A stretch of DNA of 62,159 bases, counting the filler. It is 8 parts of 8 records of this genome, joined end to end, with 100 filler letters (N's around TTAATTAATTAA, not from the genome) between each part and the next. Parts side by side here need not be neighbours in the genome. Positions count along the whole stretch, not along the records: positions 23,221 to 34,659 come from SRR31156797_37458; positions 34,760 to 40,884 come from SRR31156797_37470; 6 more parts are not named here. One strand, written 5' to 3'. Below are positions 29,775-39,534 of this stretch, one piece after another (the stretch's first letter is position 1; each line of letters begins with the position of its first letter). The notes beneath the pieces are model-generated. The model did no database searches, was not told where the DNA came from, and saw only the letters and a program-made list of their open reading frames with translations. The translations under genes were made by a program, and so were the position numbers.

Positions 29775-30989
29775 ATGAAAAATCACAGATTTAATTTACA
29801 GTCGGCAGTAGCCATGCTATTCATTTTTATTCTTGTAGCTGTGGCAGTTACAACAGTGTTTGGACAGGAGAAGAAAGAACGCACCAAAATCGTCCAGCTA
29901 AAGATTACAGAAGATGAAAATGGCGAGGTTAAATCAATTGATACTACTTATGTGCTGGACCAGGATGAAGATTTTGACTTTGACTTTGGGCATGAATTTG
30001 ATGTTAAAATGGAACATCTGAACGATAGTATAAACGTACTTCTGCAGTTGAAAAATGGTGACATGAAAATGATGAACGTAGACTCAATTATGAAGCAAAT
30101 CACCGTTGAACTGGAAGACTTCGAAAATGGGCAAAAAATGATGTTCATTACCCATGATTTGGACGACATTATGGAGGAAATGGACGAGGAATTGAAATTT
30201 TTCTCCTATAATTTCAACAATGTAATGACAGACGGTGACAGCACCATGAAAATAATAGTGAAAACCTGTGTGGATAATGGTGATACCGTTGTGGAAAAGA
30301 AAATTGAAAAGTTTGGTGGCGATTCGGACGAAAAAAACATTTTCATTTTCAGTGATGGTGAAGAAGTGAAAATTGATGAGGATGGTGATGTAAAGGTGAT
30401 TAAACTTGGTGCCGGCAATGGCGTGAAGTGGACCGGAGATACCGTGATTGATAATGACGATGCAAAAATCATCATCAAAACCAAAAAAGATGGCGATGAA
30501 GCCGAACAAACCATTGAATATATTTCAGTAGTCACTGATGAAGACGGCGATATCGACAAGGATATTGAAAAGGAAGTGGTCGTCATCAAAAAGGGAGACG
30601 GCCAAAATGTATGGGTTGATTCGGATCATGAGGTTTATGTGCTTGGCGATGCCAAATACGAATTTCTTCCTGCAGAAGAAAACGACCTCGAAAAACTGAA
30701 AGATGCCGGTGTTAAAACCAAAAAGAAAGACCTGCAGGTTGAAAACCTGAAATTTTCACCCAATCCCAGCAATGGGAAATTCAACCTCAGTTTTACACTC
30801 AGGGAAAAGAAAAAAGTTACCATTAATATTTATGATTTGCAGGGAAACGTTATTTACACAGAAACCCTGAGGGATTTCCAGGGAGATTACAACAAGGAAA
30901 TCGACATATCAGACCAGGAAAGCGGACCCTTTTTTCTGCAAATCGTACAGGGATTGTACGACATTATCAAAAAGATCATCATTCAATAA
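29775..30989 (+). CDS. T9SS type A sorting domain protein with acidic low-complexity body
   Basis: Signal peptide; C-terminal FSPNPSNGKF...IYDLQG...KKIIIQ. Confidence 0.85.
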   Translation: MKNHRFNLQSAVAMLFIFILVAVAVTTVFGQEKKERTKIVQLKITEDENGEVKSIDTTYVLDQDEDFDFDFGHEFDVKMEHLNDSINVLLQLKNGDMKMMNVDSIMKQITVELEDFENGQKMMFITHDLDDIMEEMDEELKFFSYNFNNVMTDGDSTMKIIVKTCVDNGDTVVEKKIEKFGGDSDEKNIFIFSDGEEVKIDEDGDVKVIKLGAGNGVKWTGDTVIDNDDAKIIIKTKKDGDEAEQTIEYISVVTDEDGDIDKDIEKEVVVIKKGDGQNVWVDSDHEVYVLGDAKYEFLPAEENDLEKLKDAGVKTKKKDLQVENLKFSPNPSNGKFNLSFTLREKKKVTINIYDLQGNVIYTETLRDFQGDYNKEIDISDQESGPFFLQIVQGLYDIIKKIIIQ

Positions 30990-31015
30990 CCTCAGTATTC
31001 TATCCGGATTACATT

Positions 31016-31046
31016 GAAAGAGAGCTCCACCAGGGGCTCTTTTTTT
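31016..31046 (+). terminator. Rho-independent terminator
   Basis: AGAGCTCC-ACCA-GGGGCTCT hairpin followed by a T run. Confidence 0.8.
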
Positions 31047-31110
31047 GTGAAACACCTTTCAAACCATTAAAAAACAAAACCACCAAATCAGATAAATGAA
31101 TTGGTGGTTA

Positions 31111-31128
31111 GTAGCCTCACCAGGACTC
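31111..31128 (-). mobile_element. Putative att site (duplicated tRNA 3' end)
   Basis: Minus strand reads GAGTCCTGGTGAGGCTAC (T-loop end, T-stem, acceptor strand) with no tRNA 5' half; downstream hairpin 31078-31109; adjacent to integrase. Confidence 0.65.
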
Positions 31129-31301
31129 AATCAATCGATTTTCTGAACGATTCAATATGCCTCTGTAACCACTATTAATAGGGTTTTATGTCGATTTCAG
31201 GATTTATGAAATCAGATAAACACCTATCAGTAAACAAAATATTATTACCCTTATTATTACCCTTTTTTGTATCTTTGTTTCCAAAACAACAATTTGGATT
31301 T

Positions 31302-32621
31302 ATGGCAACACTCAAATTTTTTCTCAAGGAACCAGACAATAAAAACAAAACCCTGGTGAATTTGATTTACCAATACGGCTACAGCGAGGTAAACCCGAAG
31401 ACCGGCAGGCGACAATACAAATTCTTAAAAATGTCGTCGGGTGAAAGCATTGAACCGAAGTTCTGGAATCCTGATAAATGCAGGGCAAGAGAAACACGAG
31501 CATTTCCGCAATATCCTGAGTTTAACGCTCGGCTTAACTATCTGGAAAACGTTGTAATTAATACCTTTCGCCGATTGAACAATGACGGGGTATTTCCATC
31601 ACCGCCACAATTAAAAGAAGAAGTGCTCAAGAAGGTAAATGAGAAGAAACACGAGGTGGTCGGTAATCAGGAACGCATCGGCTTTTTTGATTTCATCCGG
31701 CAAATCATTGAAGAAAGCAGAAATGGTACCCGCCTGACCTCAAACGGTAAAAGATTCAGCTATCATACCATTAAAGGATATGTTACAACTTTAAAATACC
31801 TTGAAAACTTCCAAAAATACCGAAATGAACGCATAGACTTTGAATCCATAACCCTGGATTTTTATCATGATTGGGTAAAATGGTTTTACAGGATGGACAA
31901 GGCCAAAAACACCGTTGGGAAATATGTAAAAAACCTTAAGGTGTTCATGCGGGAGGCTTTCGACCGACAGATCACGAAGAATAACGAATTCATGAACAAG
32001 AAATTCAAAGTGCTTGAAGAAGAATCCGATGAGATTTACCTAACCAATGAAGAGCTGGATCGGATCCTTGCTCTGGATTTGTCTGATAAACACGGACTCG
32101 ATCTGGTGCGTGACAATTTCCTGCTCGATTGCTACATCGGTTTACGGATTGCCGATTACCGAAATCTGAAGGAGACCCACATCATTGAAATCGAAGGCAC
32201 GAAAATGATTAAGATCCGGTTGCAGAAAACCGGTAAAACGGCAGTGATTCCCCTGAGCAAAAAAGCCCTGGGGATACTCGAAAAACGAAATTTCAGCTTC
32301 TCCACCCATTCAGAACAGGATGTCAACCGCAAAATGAAGGTGATTGGAAAAATGGCAGAAATCGATGAACCGTTTACCAAAAACATCACTCTGGGAGGGA
32401 AAGTCGTTGAAAAGGTTTTTCATAAATACGAAAAGATCTCCAACCACACAGCACGACGCAGCTTTGCCACCAACCTTTACCTTGCAGGGGTACCGACCCT
32501 CGATATTATGCAAATGACGGGGCACAAAACCGAAAGGGCCTTCCTGAAATACATCCGTGTGACCCCGGAGCAAAACGCCATCCGGGTATCGAAGATGCAT
32601 AAATATTTTGCCGTGGATTAA
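31302..32621 (+). CDS. Tyrosine recombinase/integrase (Bacteroidota arm-binding + SAM-like type)
   Basis: GLRIAD, HTARRSFATN, MTGH and KYIR catalytic motifs; likely start MATLKFFLK. Confidence 0.95.
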   Translation: MATLKFFLKEPDNKNKTLVNLIYQYGYSEVNPKTGRRQYKFLKMSSGESIEPKFWNPDKCRARETRAFPQYPEFNARLNYLENVVINTFRRLNNDGVFPSPPQLKEEVLKKVNEKKHEVVGNQERIGFFDFIRQIIEESRNGTRLTSNGKRFSYHTIKGYVTTLKYLENFQKYRNERIDFESITLDFYHDWVKWFYRMDKAKNTVGKYVKNLKVFMREAFDRQITKNNEFMNKKFKVLEEESDEIYLTNEELDRILALDLSDKHGLDLVRDNFLLDCYIGLRIADYRNLKETHIIEIEGTKMIKIRLQKTGKTAVIPLSKKALGILEKRNFSFSTHSEQDVNRKMKVIGKMAEIDEPFTKNITLGGKVVEKVFHKYEKISNHTARRSFATNLYLAGVPTLDIMQMTGHKTERAFLKYIRVTPEQNAIRVSKMHKYFAVD

Positions 32622-32652
32622 GGAATCCTGATCTTTGTTAAAAAAATGAACT

Positions 32653-33606
32653 ATGGCAGAAAAAGCGAAGCAGTCAACACATAACAAAAAGAATAATCCA
32701 GAAAAACAACCACATTATCTCCGGGCTTATTTGAGAGAGCTCAGGCCGACCTGGAAAAAGAAACCTGAATTTGTGATCCCGATGATGGAGGACATGCTGG
32801 AGAAAAAGGCGGAATTTCTGATTGATAAGATTACAATATTGGAATTTGTTCAGCGCTTTATGCTGATTCACGAAAGCAGGATTCAAAAGGTTAAGCCTGA
32901 AATATTCGATGACGTTTTATCGTGGGTATTTTTCAGCAGGCTGCAAGCGCATGCTGACTTTTACAATTGGGTTCGGAAGAAGAAATATGAACAGAAGTTT
33001 TGGTTAACTGATCAGTTTCAGTTGGATTACCTGAACACGCAGATTAAGGAACGTACAGAAAAACTGTTTTATCATAATCCGGCAGATGAAAGAGAAACCA
33101 AACTTCATGATATATTGATGTGCTTTAGAGAAGGCGAGTTTCCTGACCTTAATAAATACAACCTCATTGAAGTAGGCATCGTCATTGGAGATATTGAATT
33201 CATTGAATACCTGGAATCGGAGCGGGACGAATTATTGCAAACAATGACTGAAACAACCGTAAAGGTTCCGGTTGAACTTAAAATCGCTGAAGACACCCGG
33301 CTTCATGAACTGATTGTTCAAATCCCGCCACAGTTTTTCGAAAGTCTTACCCAAAATCAGCAACCGGAAGAATCAGATACCAAAAGAACATCCGGTTCGA
33401 AACGAATTCCAGAACCAAAACTTTATACCCGCGAGCAAACAGCCAGGTTGATGAATCTTTCCATAAGCTCTGTTGATAATCTCACCAAAGATGGTACGCT
33501 AAAATGTCATCGAATTGCAGGAACCAGCATGAAACGCTACAAATGGGAAGATATCGATAATGCTTTGGAGGTGATGGAGATGAGGTTGAATTGGCGATTT
33601 CATTAA
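32653..33606 (+). CDS. Protein with C-terminal excisionase-like HTH domain
   Basis: 'LYTREQTARLMNLSISSVDNLTKDGTL...RYKWEDI'; directly downstream of the integrase. Confidence 0.75.
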   Translation: MAEKAKQSTHNKKNNPEKQPHYLRAYLRELRPTWKKKPEFVIPMMEDMLEKKAEFLIDKITILEFVQRFMLIHESRIQKVKPEIFDDVLSWVFFSRLQAHADFYNWVRKKKYEQKFWLTDQFQLDYLNTQIKERTEKLFYHNPADERETKLHDILMCFREGEFPDLNKYNLIEVGIVIGDIEFIEYLESERDELLQTMTETTVKVPVELKIAEDTRLHELIVQIPPQFFESLTQNQQPEESDTKRTSGSKRIPEPKLYTREQTARLMNLSISSVDNLTKDGTLKCHRIAGTSMKRYKWEDIDNALEVMEMRLNWRFH

Positions 33607-34211
33607 AACCCTTGATCAGACTTTTATTAAACTAAACCTGTAAATCAGCACACCTAATCAGTTCGCTTACTTTTAAATATCAGGGATTAACCATTCAGAA
33701 ATTTTCCAGATGGTTCTCAAGTTTGAACGTGCACCAACAATTTCAGGTAAATCACCCACAATGTTAATTTAATTTAACATAGTGTATTTTAGAAGTATTT
33801 TAAATAGAATTCCATCCCTTTGTTAAACAAGTAGATAAGGTTGCTTTTTCAATTAATTTTTTTCTGCCCCTAAAAAAAATCCTGACAAAAGCCATTCTCG
33901 TGGATCATAATAACAAATGATATCAGGAAGAAACCAGCAAAAGCGAATTGTACATCATTTTCACTTTGGAATTCTTCACGTTCATTTTTTAACTAAATCA
34001 AGTTAAGGGATTGAAATTTAGTTGTTTAAATTGTTGGCTATGTGAGTGACGTGGCGAAGCTGTATAAAAACCGAACGTCAGGACGTGCTAGTCGATCAGA
34101 TTTAAGGCAATCATGCAGAGGAAAAGAATTTTGATCAGTGCGACACAAAAAAATGTTGCCCCTTTTTGGTTTCATAAATAACCGGAGGTTCCCGGGTTAA
34201 TACTTCTGATC

Positions 34212-34574
34212 ATGGAAAATCCATCAAAAAAACAGCGCGTTATGGTGCATAAAAGAAACTGGGCGATCCCATTGATTCTAGGCGGGATATTGTTTTTTTC
34301 CTGTGTCGGATTTGTTCTGGCCTCAGAAAGGCTTAGTCTCAATTTGCACGCCAGGGTTTTGCTTGCCTATTGGTGTGTCGTATTTATATTTATAGCCCTG
34401 CTGTGTACCTACCTGATCGAAAACGATTTTCCTGGCAAACCCAAAGCAGGGAATTTGAGCAAAACAATTTCGCCAAATCACAAAATTTGCAATTCATTAT
34501 TTCAATACAAACAACAGCCAGGTTTCGCAGAGCCCCGACATTCATCATCAGGGTTAAAAGTGCTTGAGCCGTAG
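34212..34574 (+). CDS. Putative 2-TM hypothetical protein
   Basis: 120-aa ORF with two hydrophobic segments; weak RBS. Confidence 0.4.
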   Translation: MENPSKKQRVMVHKRNWAIPLILGGILFFSCVGFVLASERLSLNLHARVLLAYWCVVFIFIALLCTYLIENDFPGKPKAGNLSKTISPNHKICNSLFQYKQQPGFAEPRHSSSGLKVLEP

Positions 34575-34659
34575 CGCCTATGCTGAAGCTTCTCCTTCCT
34601 AGATTAACTTCGAAGAAGGAGCTTCGGCGTAAGCATATACCGGGAAACTGGCACTGCCT

Positions 34660-34759
34660 NNNNNNNNNNNNNNNNNNNNNNNNNNNNNNNNNNNNNNNNN
34701 NNNTTAATTAATTAANNNNNNNNNNNNNNNNNNNNNNNNNNNNNNNNNNNNNNNNNNNN
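34660..34759. other. Artificial contig spacer
   Basis: N run with TTAATTAATTAA. Confidence 0.99.
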
Positions 34760-34941
34760 CGGCTGATGGTTACCCGGCGCTGAATTTCCGATCGACCCCG
34801 ATTGATTTCATCGATGGGGCTCCCCATGACAAATTCACCGGCCGGGATCAAAACAAACGTCATCCCCAGGGAATTGGTGAAGGTCTTCTCCTGAGCGTTC
34901 GCAGGATAGACAGAAAAAAGAACGATGAAAAGGAGTACCAT
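34760..34941 (-). CDS. FGE-sulfatase (SUMF1/PvdO) family protein, 3'-truncated; start uncertain
   Basis: Signal peptide followed by 'FTNSLGMTFVLIPAGEFVMGSP...RRVTIS'. Confidence 0.8.
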
Positions 34942-35084
34942 CGGCGACAGAAGCCGATGAATCCGTCTCAACCCTCGCTGCGTTGTTTGCTCCAAACAGG
35001 TTTTGAAGATAAGGGCAACTCGAAGCTCCTGCATCAGCTTTACCCTCCAGTCATTTTCCGGCAATCCGCCTTTTCCCCCGAATG

Positions 35085-36545
35085 TTACAAACTTTTTAAA
35101 GGGGTGGGGCAGAGAGACTGAATCCAATCATCCAGCAACGCTCTGTCCGCCTGGTCCATATAAGTCACATGAAGTTTGAGCAATTGCGACGTTTCCGTTT
35201 CCTCTACGTCCACCACCTTTGCATAGATATCCGAAAAGCAATGGGCATCCTGGCAAAAAATGATGGAGAGTTTAACATCCGTCAATACACGGACGGTTTC
35301 CGGGATTTGGATCCAGATCGTTTTGCCGTTGAGTTTTTTGGTTTCGCCCCGAATCGGTTTGGATACAACTTTTTTTCCCTCCAACTGCCTGAGTTCAAAG
35401 GGAATTTGAAATTCGACCAGCGGATTCGGCGATTTCGATTCAAGTCGGATATCAAATGGATCCCCCACTGCAATCACCGGATAACAGATGAGAGGTTTTT
35501 TCAACCCCTTCATCGTTACTGTCATTGGAGATTGTGCCGTCACCAGGTCGTTTACTATTTCATACGTATCTTCGCCAATCAGAACCTGTCCACCGACAGT
35601 ATTGGATTCGATTCGGGATGCGATGTTGACCGCACCTCCAACAATTCCATATTTTGTCCTGGCCTCGGAACCAAGATTGCCGACCACCACAGGGCCGGTA
35701 TTGATACCGATTCCCATCTCCAAAAGAGGGAGACCATCAGCCTCGAAACCTTTATTTAAAGCCTCCAATCGTTTCTGCATGGCCAAGGCACAGGCCACAG
35801 CCCGCGCCGGGTCGTCTTTTTTTTCTTCGGGGATACCGAAAACGGTAAGAATGGCGTCTCCAATGAACTCATCGATCACACCGCCATACCCTTCGATGAT
35901 GCGGGTCATGGATTCAAGGTACCGGTTGAGGATTTGGACCATGTCCTCCGGATCGCTGGCATCGGATATATCTGAAAACCCCCTGAGATCGGACATAAGA
36001 ACAGTCACGATCTGCCGTCTTCCGCCAATTTGTCTTCCTTGCGGAGATTCCAGGATTTCGTTGACGACCGTATGCCCCAAATACCGGCCGAAGGTCTCTT
36101 TGATAAAGTTAACGAGTTGAAGCCTTTGATCGGAAACCTTCAGGATCCTTTCAAGCATCCGTTTTCGTGTGGTTACGAGTTCACTGATTTCCACGGCGGT
36201 ATCGGCTTCCAGCAGTACACGCTCGATTTTCGGATCGTCGACATTCAACCTGCGATTGGCTTCCGCGACAGCCTCCATGGGCTGGATGATCTTTTTTTCA
36301 AGGAACCGCCGCAGGGTCACCATCATGAAAACAAGGATCACTCCCACCAGCAACATAATCCGCAACGAATACCAGAACAACGCCAGCGTGCCCGGGTTTT
36401 CCGTAATCATTTTGTACCCCACGGACCATACCAGCAAAATCAATTCAATAATGAGAATTCGCCAGAAAACACCCGACAGAAGGATTTTGCGGATTCCCCT
36501 GCCTCGCCGTGAGGGGTGAGATGACGTGGATGATTTTGTTCTCAT
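35085..36545 (-). CDS. Membrane class III adenylate/guanylate cyclase
   Basis: Two TMs, HAMP-like linker, SDLRGF, DEFIGDAIL, GIGINTG and VNIASRIE. Confidence 0.93.
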   Translation of the reverse strand: MRTKSSTSSHPSRRGRGIRKILLSGVFWRILIIELILLVWSVGYKMITENPGTLALFWYSLRIMLLVGVILVFMMVTLRRFLEKKIIQPMEAVAEANRRLNVDDPKIERVLLEADTAVEISELVTTRKRMLERILKVSDQRLQLVNFIKETFGRYLGHTVVNEILESPQGRQIGGRRQIVTVLMSDLRGFSDISDASDPEDMVQILNRYLESMTRIIEGYGGVIDEFIGDAILTVFGIPEEKKDDPARAVACALAMQKRLEALNKGFEADGLPLLEMGIGINTGPVVVGNLGSEARTKYGIVGGAVNIASRIESNTVGGQVLIGEDTYEIVNDLVTAQSPMTVTMKGLKKPLICYPVIAVGDPFDIRLESKSPNPLVEFQIPFELRQLEGKKVVSKPIRGETKKLNGKTIWIQIPETVRVLTDVKLSIIFCQDAHCFSDIYAKVVDVEETETSQLLKLHVTYMDQADRALLDDWIQSLCPTPLKSL

Positions 36546-36622
36546 GGTCGATGGAACCGTGTCAAAAGGGTTAAATTGTAAATGTAAGACACCATGGCTG
36601 TTAGGGCAAGGAGCACAATCGA

Positions 36623-37600
36623 TCAGAAAAGAAAACAGGAAACATGATGATCCGCCCCTATTTTTTTAAAAACGGGTACACCCGAATCGCACATATTCTC
36701 CATTGCTGATCGACAGCGCGGATAAAACGGGCAATGGGCGATTGTTGGTCGAGGACGTTCATTCTCCCGCAAGGTGTTATACCTTCTCCGGCTGCTGCTC
36801 CCGAATTGGGGATGGGCGTCGAGCAGTGCTTTTGTATAGGGATGGTACGGATCCATAATGGTTTGCGAGGCCGTTCCCTGTTCTACCAGCTGACCACGGT
36901 AGATGACGCCGACACGATCGCAAAGATTGCGGGCTGCGGCCAGGCTGTGTGTAATAAAGAGCATGGTTACCCCGAAGTCTGTTCGCAGCTGATTTAGAAG
37001 CTGGAAGATTTGAAAGGAGATGGAGGTGTCCAACATGGAGGTGGGCTCGTCTGCGATCAAAAACCTGGGTTCGAGTACCATGGCCCTGGCGATAGCCACG
37101 CGTTGGCGCTGTCCTCCCGACAACTGGTGAGGGTATCTTTCAAGGTAGGTTTCCGGGGGGGTGAGACCGGCTGTTTCGAGCGCCTCACACACTTTTTCCA
37201 ACCGGGAGCGGGGGTCACCGATCCCGTGGATGACCAACGGTTCGCAAACGGTTTCGAAAATGGATAGGTGGGCGTTGAGACTCTGATAAGGATCCTGAAA
37301 AATAACCTGAACCTTTTTTGTAAACGCTTTTCTTTTTTTCCCTTTAAGGCCAACGATATCTTGACCGTCAAACCCAATGGTACCGGAATCTGCCGTCTCC
37401 AAGCCGAGGATCATCCGACTGACCGTCGTTTTTCCGCTTCCACTTTCTCCAACCAGACCGTATATTTCACCGGAATTAATGGAGAGGGAAAATGAATTTA
37501 GGGCAACGACGGTTCGACCGGATTTACCGAAAAGGGACTCCTTTACACGATAGATCTTGGTTACGTCGGCCATGGCCAGCAGGGGGGCACGAATGGTCAT
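36623..37600 (-). CDS. Peptide ABC transporter ATP-binding protein (OppF/DppF-like)
   Basis: GESGSGKT, LSGGQRQR and HPYT motifs. Confidence 0.94.
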   Translation of the reverse strand: MTIRAPLLAMADVTKIYRVKESLFGKSGRTVVALNSFSLSINSGEIYGLVGESGSGKTTVSRMILGLETADSGTIGFDGQDIVGLKGKKRKAFTKKVQVIFQDPYQSLNAHLSIFETVCEPLVIHGIGDPRSRLEKVCEALETAGLTPPETYLERYPHQLSGGQRQRVAIARAMVLEPRFLIADEPTSMLDTSISFQIFQLLNQLRTDFGVTMLFITHSLAAARNLCDRVGVIYRGQLVEQGTASQTIMDPYHPYTKALLDAHPQFGSSSRRRYNTLRENERPRPTIAHCPFYPRCRSAMENMCDSGVPVFKKIGADHHVSCFLF

Positions 37601-38580
37601 TGTCCTCTACCTTCCCCCCCGTGAACACATCGAATCCGATGAGATTCAGACAACTCGATCCACCCCGCCTTTCCTTTTTCACAGGCTGAAGAGGCCTCAT
37701 TGCACCCTGTACTGAAGGGGCAGCCGATAATGGTTGAGTCGGTAAACTCAGGATCGACAGTACAGGCAACCCGGGACAGGTCGGTCGGTTCATCAGACAG
37801 GGAGAGCAGGCTGCCCACCAGCAACCGGGTGTAAGGGTGTCCGGGACAATGAAAGACATCTTCCGTTGGTCCCAGCTCAACCAGATTTCCACCGTACATG
37901 ACACCAATGTGGGAACAGACATCCGCAACAACGGCAATGTCATGGGAAATAAAAACCATGCCGATATTCGTTTCCTTTTGAAAAGTACCGATCGATTTTA
38001 AAATCTGATCCTGAACGATTACATCTAAAGCAGTGGTCGGTTCATCTGCAATGATCAACGAGGGGTTGCAGGCAAGCGCCATGGCAATGATCACTCGCTG
38101 CCGCATTCCACCAGAAAATTGATGAGGATAGTCCTTTAGACGATCCTCCGGTATCTTTACCAGCTCGAACAATGCGCGCGTGCGATGGGCGACCGCGTGT
38201 GGAGAAAGATCGGGTTCATGCGTGACGATGGCTTCTGCAATCTGATCCTGCACCCGACGGACCGGATTCAAAGCATTCATGGCCGCCTGAAAGATCATGG
38301 ATATGCCACGCCACCGAATTTCTCTCATCCGGGAATCGCTGATTGCCATGAGGTCTTCCCCCTCAAACAGTGCTTGGCCGGATATCACACTGGCGTTGGG
38401 AGGCAACAGTCCCATCAGCGCCATACCGATGGTCGTCTTCCCGCAGCCGGACTCCCCGACCAGCCCCAAAGCACTCCCCCGCTCCACACAAAAAGAGACG
38501 CTGTCCACCGCCAATTGCGTTCCGGACCCGGTGCGATACCCTACGCTTAAATTGTCCACAGCCAAAAGCGGCGTTGTCAC
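37597..38580 (-). CDS. Peptide ABC transporter ATP-binding protein (OppD/DppD-like)
   Basis: [16 protein letters not shown] and DEPTTALD motifs. Confidence 0.94.
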   Translation of the reverse strand: MTTPLLAVDNLSVGYRTGSGTQLAVDSVSFCVERGSALGLVGESGCGKTTIGMALMGLLPPNASVISGQALFEGEDLMAISDSRMREIRWRGISMIFQAAMNALNPVRRVQDQIAEAIVTHEPDLSPHAVAHRTRALFELVKIPEDRLKDYPHQFSGGMRQRVIIAMALACNPSLIIADEPTTALDVIVQDQILKSIGTFQKETNIGMVFISHDIAVVADVCSHIGVMYGGNLVELGPTEDVFHCPGHPYTRLLVGSLLSLSDEPTDLSRVACTVDPEFTDSTIIGCPFSTGCNEASSACEKGKAGWIELSESHRIRCVHGGEGRGQ

Positions 38581-39533
38581 CGTTTATTCTCCTCTTTGCG
38601 AAGTCGTGGATCCAGCACGTCGTCCATCGCCCGTCCCGTCATGTAAAATGCCATGGTGATCAGTGAAATACAGATTCCGGGGGGCAACAGCCAGTATGGG
38701 GCCTGAAACATGTGCCCCGTTTTCCACACCCACTGCAGCATCATCCCCCAACTCACAGTCCCCGGGTCGCCAAACCCCAGAAACGCCAGGGATGCTTCGA
38801 TAATAATCGCCGAAGTGACCCTGAAGGTCATGTAGAGAAGCGCTATAGGCATCACGTTGGGCAGGATGTGTCTGAATATAATGCGATAATGGGAGGCGCC
38901 GGCGACTTTTGCCGCCTCCACGAAAGGCCTGTTCCGGAGTGAAAGGGTCTGCGACCGAATCACACGGGCCACACCGGGCCAGCGAAAAAGGGCAATCATC
39001 AGTACGATCACCCAGATATTGAGTTGGCCAAAGAGGGCAGAGAGAATCAGGACGACCAGCAACGTGGGCATCACCATGATCATATCCGCCAGCCTCATGA
39101 GAACCAGATCCACCGTTTTACCCGCGTATCCGGCAACCATTCCGATGGTTGTTCCGAAGATGATACTGATCAATGCGGATGAGATACCGACAATAAAAGC
39201 GATACGGGCGCCTGCCAGGAGCTGGCTGAAGATATCCCTGCCGATATTGTCTGTCCCCAACCAATGGCTCAAACTTGGACCGGTACTATAGGAGATGTTT
39301 GGATCGACGCCTGTCATGGGGTTATACATGGGATCCACCCACTGCGGGATGTAGCTGGCTGCGGCCATGATGGCAAACAGGCAAAGCAAGGCGATGCCGA
39401 TACGGCCGATCAGGTTCCTTTTGTAAACCGCCCAACCGTCAGAAAGTCGATTCAACCAATGGGCCCGGTACCTGTAGGCGGAACCATCCGGCGATGCTCC
39501 CGGTTTTGGGGATGTGGATAAAGACTGGCTCAT
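38577..39533 (-). CDS. Peptide ABC transporter permease (OppC/DppC-like)
   Basis: HWLGTDNIGRD and EAA loop (FVEAAKVAGA); start likely MSQSLS. Confidence 0.92.
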   Translation of the reverse strand: MSQSLSTSPKPGASPDGSAYRYRAHWLNRLSDGWAVYKRNLIGRIGIALLCLFAIMAAASYIPQWVDPMYNPMTGVDPNISYSTGPSLSHWLGTDNIGRDIFSQLLAGARIAFIVGISSALISIIFGTTIGMVAGYAGKTVDLVLMRLADMIMVMPTLLVVLILSALFGQLNIWVIVLMIALFRWPGVARVIRSQTLSLRNRPFVEAAKVAGASHYRIIFRHILPNVMPIALLYMTFRVTSAIIIEASLAFLGFGDPGTVSWGMMLQWVWKTGHMFQAPYWLLPPGICISLITMAFYMTGRAMDDVLDPRLRKEENKR

Positions 39534-39534
39534 A

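Noticed and set aside
31188-31301. N-terminal extension of the integrase in the ORF track
   Set aside because: It spans the putative arm repeats and the -7 promoter box; ATG at 31302 is the more plausible start.
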